A stretch of DNA of 64,000 bases from Octopus sinensis (GCF_006345805.1 NC_042999.1:36704001-36768000), one strand, 5' to 3'. Positions 24,905 through 38,374 are shown, numbered from the stretch's first letter. The notes: generated by a model not told the origin, from the sequence alone. Made by a program: numbers and translations.

Positions 24905-25990
24905 ATTATATGTAAACTTAGATAAACTTAGATATGTTTCGACCAGAGATTGGTCCAGGCCATGTCTAACTTAATAGCACCACCTGATAGGATTATTCGA
25001 ATCCTGTTTAAGTCAAGTTTTGTTCAAGTAGTGAGTTCTTGTTGGGTGAGTTGTATCCAGTTTTGTTCAAGTAGTGAGTTCTTGTTGGGTGAGTTGTATC
25101 CAATTATGGGTGGCTTATCTGGTATTCTTTGAAGGAATCTATCCAGACTCTGTTTGAAGTTGATGGGATCCTTTTCCTCTTTGATCTCCCTCGGGACAAT
25201 GTTAAATAGTGCAGGGCCTGTTGAGGAAAAGAAATTATGTTGCAGTGTACATGTATGTTGTGATCTTGGATTTGGCAGGGGACGTATAGCCCGTGGTCCA
25301 AGTCTCGGATGAACCTTGAAGCTAATGTTTAGGTCGTTTGGGCAAAGTTGGCGGTATATTTTCCACATCGTACAAATGATGTACCGCTCACGGCGACGCT
25401 GGAGGGAGTAAAGTTTCAAGGCTTTAAGGCGATCCCAATAGTCGAGAGCAGCCATGCCTTCAATTTGTTTAGTGAGAGCCCTCTGGGGTGACTCAATTCT
25501 GGAGATGTTTTGTCTTGTGTGAGGAGACCACAGTGGGCAGCAGTATTCAAGGTGTGGCCGTACAAAGGAGGAAAAAAGTGGTATGATGACACCTTGTTCT
25601 CTGGACCGGAAAGTTCTTAAGATCCAGGAACTCATCCTACGCGCTGTATCGACCTTCTTGTTGATGTGTGCACTCTAACTGAGATCGTCATCAACAATTA
25701 CACCCAGGTCTCTGATATTGTTAGAGGCTGTGAGCGGTTCCCCTGAAGGAAGAGAGTATGGTTGTTTTAGTGAGGAATTTCTTCCAAAATGCATCAGCTC
25801 AAATTTTCCCTCATTCAGTTGCATTTTGTTTCTGTCTGCCCATTGATTCACAGCATATAGGTCAGACTGGAGTTGAGTTCGGTCTGCTTCTTCATTGACG
25901 AATTGCTGGAGCTTAGTGTCATCAGCGAATATTTTCACTTTGCAGTGATGTACGACACTGGAAAGGTCGTTTACATAAATTATGAAGAGT
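24905..25990 (-). mobile_element. CR1-clade LINE, 5'-truncated inside RT
   Basis: LFIIYVNDL...KIFADDTKL, IRDLGVIVDDDL, LFSSFVRPHLEYCCPLWSPH, LKLYSLQRRRERY. Confidence 0.9.
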
Positions 25991-27028
25991 AGCGTATATA
26001 ATTTTTTACCTAATGAGATAAAAAAAACCAAGGCTGTGTAGATTTTAGAACATTTATCGGTAGAAGGTCTTACAGCTGTTTCCAGGATATTTATTATATC
26101 CCATCATTGGAGACGGTGTAAGAGGATGGTTAAGAAATAGTTAATTTAGATGAGATATAAAATAGAGAGTGAGGTGAAGGAAAGAAAAGAAAATAGATGT
26201 GAGATATGTAGGGATGTTGTATTTGAAGATCCATTTTTTTAGGCATAATGGTATATATTTTATATTCTATATTTTATCTAGTTTCAGCTCACGAGCTGTG
26301 GCCATGCTTGGGCACCACCATATATATAAGATTCTAATACCTTATGAATAAAATTCAATAGTATTTAAAATTGGTCATTCCAAGTATAGAGTTTATACAC
26401 AGTGTTATTGAATCAAGGGTTTTATTTAAAGTGACCTAAAAATAGGGAATGTATTAGTATGGTAAACAGGAAGAAAGGAATAAAGAAAGAGAAAAAGAAG
26501 AGAAGAAAGTAAGAAGGAAAATAATTTCTTTCCTTTATTCCTCTCTTCCTGTTTTTTTTTAATTTTTTTTTATTATTTTTCTTCTTAGTTTCTTATCCTT
26601 ATTCTCTCTTTTTCTCTTCTTTTTCTCTTTCTTTATTCCTTTCTTCCTGTTTTCCATACTAATACACTCCCTATTTTTAGGTCACTTTAAATAAAACCCT
26701 TGATTCAATAAAACTGTGTATAAACTCTATACTTGGAATGACCAATTTTAAATACTAGTGGATTTTACTCATAAGGTATTGGAATCTTGTATGTATACCA
26801 TTATGCATAAATAATGGATCTACAAATGTAATATCCCTGCATATCTCACATCTATTTTCATTCTTCCACTATCTAAATTAACTCATTCTTAACCATCCTC
26901 TCACACCGTCTCCAATGAAAGGATATAATAAATATCCTGGAAATAGCTGTAATCTAGAAATGTTCTAAAATCTGCACAGCCTTGGTTTTTTTATCTCATT
27001 ACGGAAAAAAAATTTTATATACACACGC
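25991..27028. repeat. Long inverted repeat (arms about 25991-26503 and 26603-27028), PLE pseudo-LTR-like
   Basis: The right arm is the reverse complement of the left over about 430 nt. The left arm carries an extra ~70-nt insert ending in a SINE tail. Both arms carry a hammerhead-like motif. Confidence 0.9.
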
Positions 27029-27170
27029 TGACATATGACCAATGTTGAACCCTTTATTTGCATAATCACTGAACCTGGAACTTAACTATGGTCTATCCAT
27101 AGCACTTATTCAGCATTACCTGACACATTTGGGTCTCAACACCATTACTTCTCATAAACTCTATACATAT

Positions 27171-27212
<42 letters not shown>

Positions 27213-27214
<2 letters not shown>

Positions 27215-28500
27215 CCAGTTAATGAAACACTTCGAACTTAGTATAACTATAGATACTAACCTGACGGTTGTCAATTTCTTAGACGTTTCCTTAGATCTTA
27301 ATAAGAATATTTATAAGCCTTACAGGAAGCCCAATGATAGACTAAGTTATATTAATGTAGGTTCATGCATACCCCTATAGTATTCAAAAATTTAGTTAAA
27401 AATATTAGTAAGAGGATTTCTAGCCTCTCATCTGATGAGGACATCTTCAATAGCGTTGCCCCAGTTTATAATAAGGCTTTAAAAGATAGTGGTTTTAGCG
27501 ATAAAATAAAATATACACCTATCACTAGCCCAACAGTAAGGAAAAGGAATAATAGAAATAGGAAGGTCATCTGGTTTACGCCCCCTTACTCACCCGAGGT
27601 GGCCTTCAATATAGGTAAATATTTCCTAGCACTGATAGATAGACATTTTCCAGTTAACCATACTTATAGGAAACTCTTCAATAGACACAATTTAAAAATT
27701 AGTTTTAGTTCAACTACCAATTTAAAAACATAATCAAACATAACATACAAAAAACACAAGAAGAAAACAGCTGTTCATGCAGGAATAAAGAATTGTGCCC
27801 GCTAAATGGAGCTTGCATGTCCAAGACCATCATATATGAAGCTACCGTAAACTCTATAACCACTAAAGACACCGTTTTGACGAAGAAATACGTGGGCCTT
27901 ACAGAGGGTAATTTGAAGGCCAGGTTCAATAACCACACTTTGAGCTTTAGGCACTGGAACAAAAGAAAAGCGACACAATTATCTAATCATATTTGGTCTT
28001 TAAGAGATAAAGTGTCGATTATAACATACAATGGAAGATTTTGGCCAGATGTAAGCCCTATACTACGGCAGCGGAAGGTGCGGTCTATGCGACATGGAGA
28101 GATGGCTTATCTGGAAAAGCAGCTTAGACCCTACTACATGTCTAAATACAAGGACAGAGCTTTTCGGATCATGCCCACATGTGACTAAATTTCTGTTACG
28201 TTTTTGGTCCCCTAAAGAAAACAGATAGAACATGCTTTCTATGTTATGTCCCAAGAAGAATTTATATATTTTTATATATTTTTTATATATCTTTTATGTA
28301 TTTTTATATAATTTTTACATAATTTTTATGACGAAAAATGCGAGCGATGTATAAGTACGCAGGCAAGCAGAGTTATAACAGAGTAATTTCCCTTTATTTA
28401 ACGTTATTTTTTCATAACGTTTTCAAATAGCCAGATAACCGAAGAGATGGTATTGTGGATTTCCACTTCGGCATCTGAAACTCAGAGTTTTATCTTGACT
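27213..28500 (+). mobile_element. Penelope-like element (RT C-terminus plus C-terminal GIY-YIG endonuclease), 5'-truncated and frameshifted
   Basis: VNFLDVSLDL, VIWFTPPYS, CSCRNKELCPLNGAC, IIYEATV...KYVGLTEGNLKARFNNH, RCGLCDME...CPH. Flanked by (TA)n on both sides. Confidence 0.9.
28433..28495 (+). ncRNA. Type-I hammerhead-like ribozyme, U4C core, at the PLE 3' end
   Basis: Stem I AGAUAA/UUAUCU, core CCGAAGA, stem II GAUG...CAUC with inner GUGG/CCAC, GAAA, palindromic stem III ACUC-A-GAGU, predicted GUU site at 28489. Confidence 0.7.
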
Positions 28501-28517
28501 ACCGAGTAATGTAACAT

Positions 28518-28531
28518 ATTGTATAGATATA

Positions 28532-28591
<60 letters not shown>

Positions 28592-28643
28592 ATATACACA
28601 TATATATACACATATATATACACATGTATATATACATATATAT

Positions 28644-28699
<56 letters not shown>

Positions 28700-28757
28700 A
28701 TAATATATATATTATATATGTATATATACATTTGTATGTGTATATATATATATATAT

Positions 28758-28789
<32 letters not shown>

Positions 28790-28792
28790 TAC
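28518..28792. repeat. Imperfect (TA)n microsatellite
   Basis: Directly visible. Similar tracts lie at 31190-31325, 32020-32105, 35790-35925, 36695-36790, 38720-38832 and 56443-56545. Confidence 0.95.
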
Positions 28793-29619
28793 ACAATGCT
28801 AGGCTTCCTTAAGTTTCTATCTACCAAATCCACTCATGAGGTTTTGGTTGGCCTGAAGCTATAAGTAGAAGACACCTGCCCAATGTTCCACACAGTGGAA
28901 CTGAACTCAAAACTATGTGGTTGGGAAGCAAACTTCTTACCACACAGCTACGCCCTATGTGTGTGCTTGTATATGCATCCATGCACACTAGCATGTGTGC
29001 TGATATCTCAAACAGGAAGAGAGAGACAGAAAGAAAGAAATAAAGAGAATGAGAAGAAAGAGAGAAGGAAGGATCAAAAGGTTTAGATGTGTACATAACA
29101 TATATCCGTGCTAAGCCTGTGTGTGTCAGCTTGGTAAAACACTCATTTCTTTGGTCTTTGGAAACAGTTGGTAGCCCAATACCTTTACATACAGAGAGAC
29201 ACTCACATATGCATACATTTTTTTATTTATTTATATGCCCTTTTCAAGCCTAGCCGGTTTCTATGGCATATGTGTTCCCCTCAGCTGGACGGGACACCAG
29301 TCCATTGCAGCGTTACTCAAGAAACAGGAAGAGAGAGTGAGAGAAAGTTGGGGCGAAAGAGTACAACAGGGGTCGTCACCACCCCCTGTCAGAGTCTCGT
29401 GGAGCTTTTAGGTGTTTTCGCTCAACAAACACACACAATTCCCAGTCTGGGAATCAAAACCATGATCCTCTGACCGCGAATCTGCTGCCCTAACCACTGG
29501 GCCATTGCACCTCTACAATGTGTTCATGTGTATCTATACATACATAGATACATATAAACACATCTCCATTAACACATGCTTAATTTGCACATATGTGTGT
29601 TTGTGTGGATGTGTGTGGA

Positions 29620-30270
29620 CGTAGTGACCGAGACCTTTGGAAATATGCTGTGCGTGAGAAGACCCGGCAGGACAAGTGAGTCCATCCCGTGTCCCTTGCC
29701 AGGGATGTAGCCAGCCCACTTATTCATGCCTTTCCTTCCTTGGACACACAAAGACCTGTTGAGGCAAGCAAAGTCGAAATCGAATTCGAAATTGAACCAA
29801 TCCTATGACTGGCACCCGGCAGTTGCCAGGACCGCTGGACTGACTCCTGTGCAGGTGGCAAGTAAAGAAACACCGTTTTGACTCTGTGCTTGAGGAGATC
29901 CATTGAGTCAAGGACACCAACATCAAAGATCAATGGAAACTGCAGTTGTGAAACCTGTGCCGGTGGCACGTAAAAAGCACCATCCGAACGTGGCCGATGC
30001 CAGCGCCGCCTAGACTGGCTTCCGTGCCGGTGGCACATAAAAAGCACCAATCCGATCATGGCCGTTGGTAGCCTCGCCTGGCACCTGTGCTGGTGGCACG
30101 TAAAAAGCACCCACTACACTCTCGGAGTGGTTGGCGTTAGGAAGAGCATCCAGCTGTAGAAACACTGCCAGATCAGACTGGAGCCTGGTGCAGCCTTCTG
30201 GCTTCCCAGATCCCCAGTCGAACTGTCCAACCCATGCTAGCATGGAGATCGGACGTTAAACAATGATCAT
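29620..30270 (+). mobile_element. 5'-truncated RTE (ORF end plus variant 3' UTR)
   Basis: gacctttggaaatatgctgtgcgtgagaagacccgg (DLWKYAVREKTR), modular UTR and (GAT)n-like tail. Confidence 0.8.
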
Positions 30271-30689
30271 GATGATATATATATACACACACACACACAC
30301 ACATATGTGATGGTTGCTCCTGTTGGTCTCAACGTATGAGTGTTTGAAGGAGAGGACTTAAAGAGAGTAATAGAAAGAAAGAAAAAAACTAAGAGGCTGC
30401 ATCTATTTGCGATGGATGCGTGAATGAAATTTCAGTCCAAGCATGGATTTTGCTATAAAGTTGCAATGGAAACATTGATGGTTTTGATTTTACCTGGGAC
30501 TGGGCAAATGTGCCTGTTGACTGTGGGATATAGTTTTTCTGTTATTCTTTTTCTTCATCTCAAATTGTTTGGATGCATCATGACACATATTATGCCATAC
30601 TCTTTTATGTAGGCAATGACTTTTCCAATAAATCAGGTTAAGCTGTGGAGACTTTGGTGATTGCTTCAGCTTATCCTTATACCTAAGGA

Positions 30690-31170
30690 GAGGTCTTCCT
30701 CTTTCTATGATATCCCTCCACTTGTTGGAACAGGACATACTTCAAAACTCAAACTTGATGATAACAAGCCACTCAAATAGGTCATTTAGATATCTTGGAA
30801 GTACAGTAAACTTTAAGAGTGCTTTTGGTGATGAAATCAATGTTATAATAGCTAGGGATACTTGTACTTTTGGAAGATTTGCCCATCGTTTGTGGGATGA
30901 ACATGATTTCAGTCTGAAAACTAAAATAAGTGGACGCAAATCTTGTATTTTGAGCAAAGCATGGACTTCCTACTACAGACATCTAAAGGAACTTAAAACC
31001 TTCCACATGAGCTGTTTGTGCAACATATGCAACATTAAATGGCAAGATAAGATATCCAATGCTAAAATCTTAGAAAAATGTAATATCTCCAGCATCTAAA
31101 GCATGCTGATGAGAATTTAGTATGGATGGGTAGGACATGTTGTTTGAATGAAAAATGACTGCATTCTGAA
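30690..31170 (+). pseudogene. Old RTE/BovB-type LINE fragment
   Basis: FRYLGSTV...DEINVIIA...FGRFAHRLWD...LKTKI...FHMSCLCNICNIKWQDKISN. Confidence 0.7.
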
Positions 31171-31214
31171 AATTCTTATACATACATACATACATACATA
31201 CATACATACATACA

Positions 31215-31250
<36 letters not shown>

Positions 31251-31266
31251 TATATAAATAATATAT

Positions 31267-31298
<32 letters not shown>

Positions 31299-31579
31299 CA
31301 TATATATATGTGTGTGTGTGTGTGTGTGGAGGCGCAATGGCCTAGTGGTTAGGGCAGCGGACTCACGGTCGCAGGATCGCGGTTTCGATTCCCAGACCGG
31401 GTGTTGTGTGTGTTTATTGAGCGAAAACACCTAAAAGCTCTCACGAGGCTCCGGCAGAGGGGGTGGTGATCCCTGCTGTACTCTTTCACCACTCTTTCTC
31501 AATGCGAACGCATTGTGACCAGCGATGTGTAACAACATCTGATGGTCTGGTCAGTCACGTGATCACGTGATATATATAC

Positions 31580-32020
31580 ATACCGGAGTAAGCACATAAA
31601 TGTGAAACAAGGTGGAAAAAAAGTACTCAAATACCAGAGGTAAAGTAATATGCTTTATTTAAAAGCAGCAGAAATATAACAAAAGCTGTTACTCAGAGTT
31701 TCACGTTCTCGTTCGTCGGACAGTTTTGTTAATATAGAACAGAAATAACAATATGATCAAAACTAGTTAAAGGATACACCTTTAAAAATGGATTTGTTTC
31801 ATTGGTCCTTTCAAATAACAGTCTAAGCATGCGATAAACAAAATAAACAAAATAAATGAATTCAATATAAATTATAAAAGTCGAGGAAAAACCTTAAATT
31901 GAAGAGCAGATTCAAAATACATAATGTCATTAATTATATATGAAATATAATTCAATTAATATAATTAATACATTAAAAATTTAAAATATTTCACAGCAGT
32001 ATATACGCATACTAAACCAT

Positions 32021-32076
<56 letters not shown>

Positions 32077-33113
32077 TATATATATATCTATATATATATA
32101 TATATAAAATATCACAGATGGATATATACACAGATGACATACATATGCAGACATATATATATGCAAGATATAAATATACATACAAATACACATATATACA
32201 TGTATACGCAATCTTACCCGCATGCAAAAATCACTTGGTGTATGCATATAGACTAGAAGTAAAAAGCAGAGAGGGGGAAGAAAAAGAAAAGGTAACAATC
32301 TTATAAGCAACAGATAGCTAAAGAAGTGAGTAAGAGAAGGGGAGGTGTGTAAAGTTACAGGACTCTATACAAAATAAAATTACATCTACATGTGTATATA
32401 AAAGTGTATATTAGCAGTAAATACACATATAAGAACACATATATAAATATATAAAGATGATAAGTACGTAAATACACATCCACACAAATTCAAGTGAATA
32501 CATGCATAACTATACATCCATGTATGTATATGCATAAGTATAAACATACACGCTTACTTACTCATATACATAGGCGCATACATACGAATACATATGCATG
32601 CCAACAATACAAAATATTCACATAAAAACATGTCTAGCTCCTGACGTATATACAAGCAACATAATTTTTAAAAATTACTGAGTGCATAATAATAAAATTT
32701 GGATAAAAGACATGCAAAATAGAACACCCTGTATCGAATTATCTATAAATTAAATGATTAAAATGGATTTATAAAATACAATAAAATGAAATAAAATAAA
32801 AGCAGAATCCTAGACAAGAAAATAATATTCTATATAACAATCGAAGAAATATGTCGAAATATATACAATAACTTTGCGATGCGGAATAAATCATGCATAA
32901 TAAGAAACAAATCCAACAATGTGATTAAAAACTAGTCCAAGAATCAAAAATATACACTACCCATATGGTATATTGCTAGTCGAAATTTTAAATTTAGCTA
33001 CGTATCTGCAGGAATTCAAGAGTTCACTTCTTTGATTTAAAGAATTATTGTCCTGGAATAAAATGAAATATTTCTCCATCAGGCATAAATCGCACTTGAT
33101 AGTTCTTTAATGT
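31580..33113 (-). mobile_element. Second Penelope-like element remnant (endonuclease C-terminus plus long 3' region)
   Basis: The minus strand at about 32975-33113 reads RTIKCDLCLMEKYFILFQDNNSLNQRSELLNSCRYVAKFKIST*, homologous to the 28070-28200 end. A hammerhead lies downstream on the same strand. Confidence 0.75.
31681..31727 (-). ncRNA. Minimal type-I hammerhead-like ribozyme, U4C core
   Basis: Minus strand reads AAAA-CUGU-CCGACGA-ACG-AGAA-CGU-GAA-ACUC-U-GAGU-A-ACAG-C-UUUU. All three stems pair and the predicted site is GUA. Confidence 0.75.
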
Positions 33114-33124
33114 GATCTTATTGC

Positions 33125-34360
33125 AGAATCTGTAGCAGAATTGGCAAAGAAATTCCAGGTATGGCAGCAAAATCTGGAATCAAAGGTCCTCAAAGTTAAT
33201 CTAGCTAAGACCAAAGTTATTGTTTGCAAGAAAGCAAACAAGACTCTCGGATAAATGGCCCTTATCAATATGCAGGAAAGGAGTGGGAAATAATTCAATT
33301 TGCTGCATCCAGTGTAAGCTATGGACACATAAGAGAAGTAGTGGAATCACAGGTAGATTAACAGATAAGGTCAACTTCGTGTGTGGCAGATGTGCAGGAA
33401 CAATAAGCTCTAAGAGCACATGGAACTCAGACTCTCTCAGATGCCCAGGAGGTTCTCTTGAGATAGTAGATAGCTTCTGTTACCCAGGTGACCAAATTAG
33501 CAATGGGGGTGGATGCTCTGAAAGTAGTGTTCCTAGAATAAGAATAAGAATAGGATGGAGGAAGTTCAGAGAGCTACTACCTCTGTGGGCAACAGAAGAA
33601 CTGCCTCTTAGAGTGAAAGGTAGATTGTATAACACATGTATACAAACAGCTATAATCGATGGTAGTGAGACATGGGCTCTAAATGCAGAGGATATGCATA
33701 GACTAGAGAGGAATGAAGGCTCCACTAGATGTGCAGCATCAATGTGCATGAACAACAAAGCACAAATGTGTTGAGAGAAAAGTTGGGCATAAGAGGAAAC
33801 AAATGCAGCATTGAAGAGCAGAGACTACATTCATTTGGATAAGCGATATGTATGGATGAAGACAGCTGTATAAAGAAGTGTCTGTCACTAAAACTGTATG
33901 GTATCTGTGGAAGAGGGAGACCCAGGAAGACATGGGATGAATTAGTGAGGACCGATCTCAGAATGTTGGAGCTCATGGAGGAAATAATACTGGACAAGAT
34001 GTCTGGCAATATGAGGTTCTAGAGAAAACCTGCCCACATCAGTGAAACTGAGTTCTAGAAGCATTGTGTTCCACTCATATGTAAAAATAAAATTTTCACA
34101 CATGCTACCCTAACAAACCAAACATCTCCTCTCCCAAACTGTATCTCTTCCCTTCCTCACATTTCCTCTTTATACACTATGATTATCTCCCACTCCCCAA
34201 TTTCTCACCCACAAAATATCTGTGACATTTTTTTTGCAGGCAGGCTGCATCCCTAGCTTTTTATAAATGGAAAGATGAAAAGAGAGTTTACGTTCATATA
34301 ATTAATGTCCCACCCATACCAGTATGGAAAACTGATGTCAAAGGATGATGATGATGATTG
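33125..34360 (+). mobile_element. 5'-truncated degenerate RTE LINE
   Basis: FQVWQQNLESK..VNLAKTKV, CRKGVGNNSICCIQCKLWTHKR, LPLRVKGRLYNTC, GSETWAL, GRGRPRKTW. Ends in (GAT)n. Confidence 0.85.
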
Positions 34361-35805
34361 TAAATCTATAATTTTTCTTTCTTCACCATTGAAGGAGTGG
34401 TTGCGTGGTAAGTAACTTGTTTACCAACCACATGGTTTCGGGTTCAGTCCAACTGCATGGCACTTTGGGCAAGTGTCTTCTACTATAGCCTCGGGCCAAC
34501 CAAAGCCTTGTGAGTGGATTTGGAAGACGGAAACTGAAAGAAGCCCGTCGTATATATGTATATATATGTATTTATATGTGTGCGTGTATGTTTGTGCTTG
34601 TCCCCCTAGCATTGCTTGACAACCGATGCTGGTGTGTTTACTTCCCCATAACTTAGCGGTTTGGCAAAAGCGACAGATAGAATAAGTACTAGGCTTACAA
34701 AGAATAGGTCCTGGGGTCGATTTGCTCAACTAAAGCTGGTGCTCCAGCATGGCTACAGTCAAATGACTGAAACGAGTAAAAGAGTATTGTGTTCAATAAA
34801 ATGAAAAGATTTAAAACTAACTGAAATTTCTTAAACACAGTGATTTGTCTGTCAATTTTTCAATATTCACAGACTCTCCCAGTATGACCAGCTTTCCTGC
34901 CATCACCCCTATAAGAAACACTGTAGTAGAGAGTGTTTTCCAAGAAATTTGGTTGTTATTTCTAGCAAACCAAACAATCATGCAGAGACTCCCACCTTAG
35001 TTCACCAAAATCTTTTTTATTGGTTTAGAAATTATGACAGGTAAAATAGATCTTGATGTGTTTGAAACACAATATATAAGATAAAGGGTTGTTCTTCTTT
35101 GGGACAATATCTTTGTCACAAATGACTAAACATTAATAATGATCATATTGACAAAGAGTGTATGTCACTTGTAAAAGACACATGTGGTGTATATATAATT
35201 ATATATATATAATATATATATATAATATATATAATATATATATATATATAAATTAAATTAGAGATAAAACCACTATTAGGCAAATCAACAGTGAAAAACA
35301 TAAACCAAAACATAAAAATAAAAATAATTGATATAATATACAAAATATATAAAATTTAAAATTTAAATTATTTAAATTTAAAATTTTTAATTTATATTTA
35401 TAAATTTTTATATTTTTAAAATATTTTTTAAATTTTAAATTAATGAATTTTTAAAAACTTTTAAACTTTTTTTTAGCAAATCGCCCCCAGAACTTATTCT
35501 TTGTTAGCCTAGTACTTATTCCATCAGTCTCTTTTGCGGGGACATAAACACACCACCATCGGTTGTCAAGCGATGTTGGTGGGACAAACACAAACACATA
35601 AATACACACACACATAAATTTATACATATACATACATATGACGGGCTTCTTTCAGTTTCTCTCTACCAAATCCACTCACAAGGGTTTGGTCGGCCTGACA
35701 CTTGCCCAAGGTGCCACGCAGTGGGAATGAACCCGGAACCATGTGGTTGGTAAACAAGCTACTTACCACACAGCCACTCCTGTGCCTATTATATATATAA
35801 TATAT

Positions 35806-35890
<85 letters not shown>

Positions 35891-36691
35891 TATATATAAT
35901 TATATATATATATATATATATATTATTTTAATAAAATAATATTAAAATAATATTTGAATAAATTCACTCCATGATCAAAACTGCATTTACTGCAGTCTAA
36001 ATCTTAACACACATGTGGGAACAAAAGAAAGATATGAATTATACTCGGCAGTATATTTTTTACGATTGTAGATAGATATCAGACATATGATGTTGCTGAT
36101 CATGTGCATATTTTGAAATACTCACAAACTTATACAGAGTACTATGCTGTAGAGTAACAGCAAGGAAAATTATTTTTACTTTAAGTTCAAAACACATCCA
36201 TAGTTAACCGACCTTGTCGATTCATTATTTTTCTTTTGCTTGCCTACAATAAAGTGTGTTATTCTTGGAGATTTTAAGGTAGAAAAAAGGACCATAGCAT
36301 CTATTTCTAACAGTGTGTGGTGAGGCATAAAGCTGACCCCTTGTTATAATTATGTATATAATTATAAAATAATTTATATAGAGAGAGTCAAGACTATTGA
36401 AAAGGTTGCAAAGCGGCAACAAAAATTGTAGGAAAATAAAAATAAGAAATAAGTGGAAATTTTACCGGTGAGTGTGTTAAATCATAAGGCACAAAAAGAA
36501 AATGACTCTCCCCAGACAGATCAGAATATGCTTCAACACACGAACTCATATAAAGAATCTTGCAAACCAAATCCAAAAACGAAATTTATATATATATAAA
36601 ATCCAAAAAACCAAATTTATATATATAATATTTACATAATATTGAGGTCTCTTTCTTTCTTTTGTTATCTTACCATTTTAACCAATATATA

Positions 36692-36730
<39 letters not shown>

Positions 36731-36737
36731 TATATAG

Positions 36738-36772
<35 letters not shown>

Positions 36773-36988
36773 ATAGATATATATATATTTAATGTAGTTG
36801 TTGGTTATAGCCAGTCAAAAAGTTACCATCGGTTTTGTGCCTATTGTTATGCTTAGCAAGGTAAGTGATGCTTCAGATCTGCTAACTGGAGGTACATAAC
36901 CTCTTTACTAATGGAGGTAAAAATACAATCTTGATCAGCTTGTCCCCATGCCCAGAAACTGCTGGCCTTTTGCCAACATTTGAAACCA

Positions 36989-37019
<31 letters not shown>

Positions 37020-38341
37020 TATTTGGCTTGGTTCCATGCTACTTAAAGTTTCGTAGGCTACTTACAGAAACCTAGTTCATTGGGCTCCTAAAGAGCCTAC
37101 AAAAGTTTAAGCTGCAAGAATTCAAATCATACTATTTTAAATAATGATATATGCAACAAGTGCAGGTGTGGCTGTGTGGCAAGACACTTGCTTCCCAACT
37201 ACATGGGTCCTGGTTCAGTCCCACGGCATGGTACTTTAGGCAAGTGTCTTCTACTATAGTCTGAGGCCAACCAAATCCTTATGGAGACGGAAACTGAAAG
37301 AAGCCCATCATGTGTATGTGTGTGTGTGTGTAGATATATGGCGGCTGTCTACTCCTTACTGAAAAGTAATGGTTGTTCCATACAGAATACTCTTACTAGC
37401 CTTTTTAACCCCAGGAAGACATCTCTTCCAGCTGGTTAATGACATTATTTGTGTCCGTTATATTGCAAACAAGGGAGAGAACAACTCTGACAGGAACCAA
37501 TAACTCCTGCTAAATGTGTTGGGTGCCCTTTCTTTTGTTTGCCCACACACCATTTTGTGTTCTTGAGTGAAACATTTCAGTTCACGTCACTTCAATCTCC
37601 ACAGCTGTAAATGGATAATCCTGTGATGGACTAACCTTCCGGTCAAGGGGATTGTTGACCTGCTTTGCCTAACCAGTAGAGTGGCATCATTCAAAAGCTA
37701 AAATGATGCAAAGCACACTGTGACTAGTGATTTATAGCAACATCCAATAGTCTGGTCAATTACATGACCATGTGATGTGTGTGCGTGCATGTATGTGTGT
37801 GGCGGCATGTGGGGTTCAGTGGTTAGGGCGTTGGGCCCATTATCATAAGATTGTGGTTTCATTTCCTGGACCAGATGACACACTGTGTTCTTGTACAAAA
37901 CACTTCATTTCATATTGATCCAGTCCACCCAGCTGGTAAAAGTGAGTAAGCGTGTGAGGGACCAGTGTCCCATCCAGGTAGAGAATATATGCACCTCAGA
38001 AATCAGGAAACCAACCCTATGAGTCTGTATGACTCAGAAAGGATTTTTATCCTATATCCTCTGTGTGTGTGTTTGTGTGTGTGTGTATGTGTGTGTGTGC
38101 TTGAGATGACAATGTCAAACCAAGTGAAGTCATAACCATGGCCAGTACCAGTGACACATAAAAGGCACTCGTGCCGTTGACATGTTAGAGGCACCCACTC
38201 CACTATTGGAGTGGTTGGCATTAGGAAAGGCATCCAACTGTAGAAACTAAACCAAAACAGACTGGAACCCGGTGCAGCTCTCTATCTTACCAGTTCTAGT
38301 CAAACCGTCTAATCCATGCTAGCATGAAAAACAGACTCTAA

Positions 38342-38374
<33 letters not shown>

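Noticed and set aside
27213-28200. Selenoprotein-type (Naiad) PLE
   Set aside because: The domain order is RT then EN. The ORF breaks are frameshifts, and I saw no in-frame TGA at Cys positions or SECIS element.
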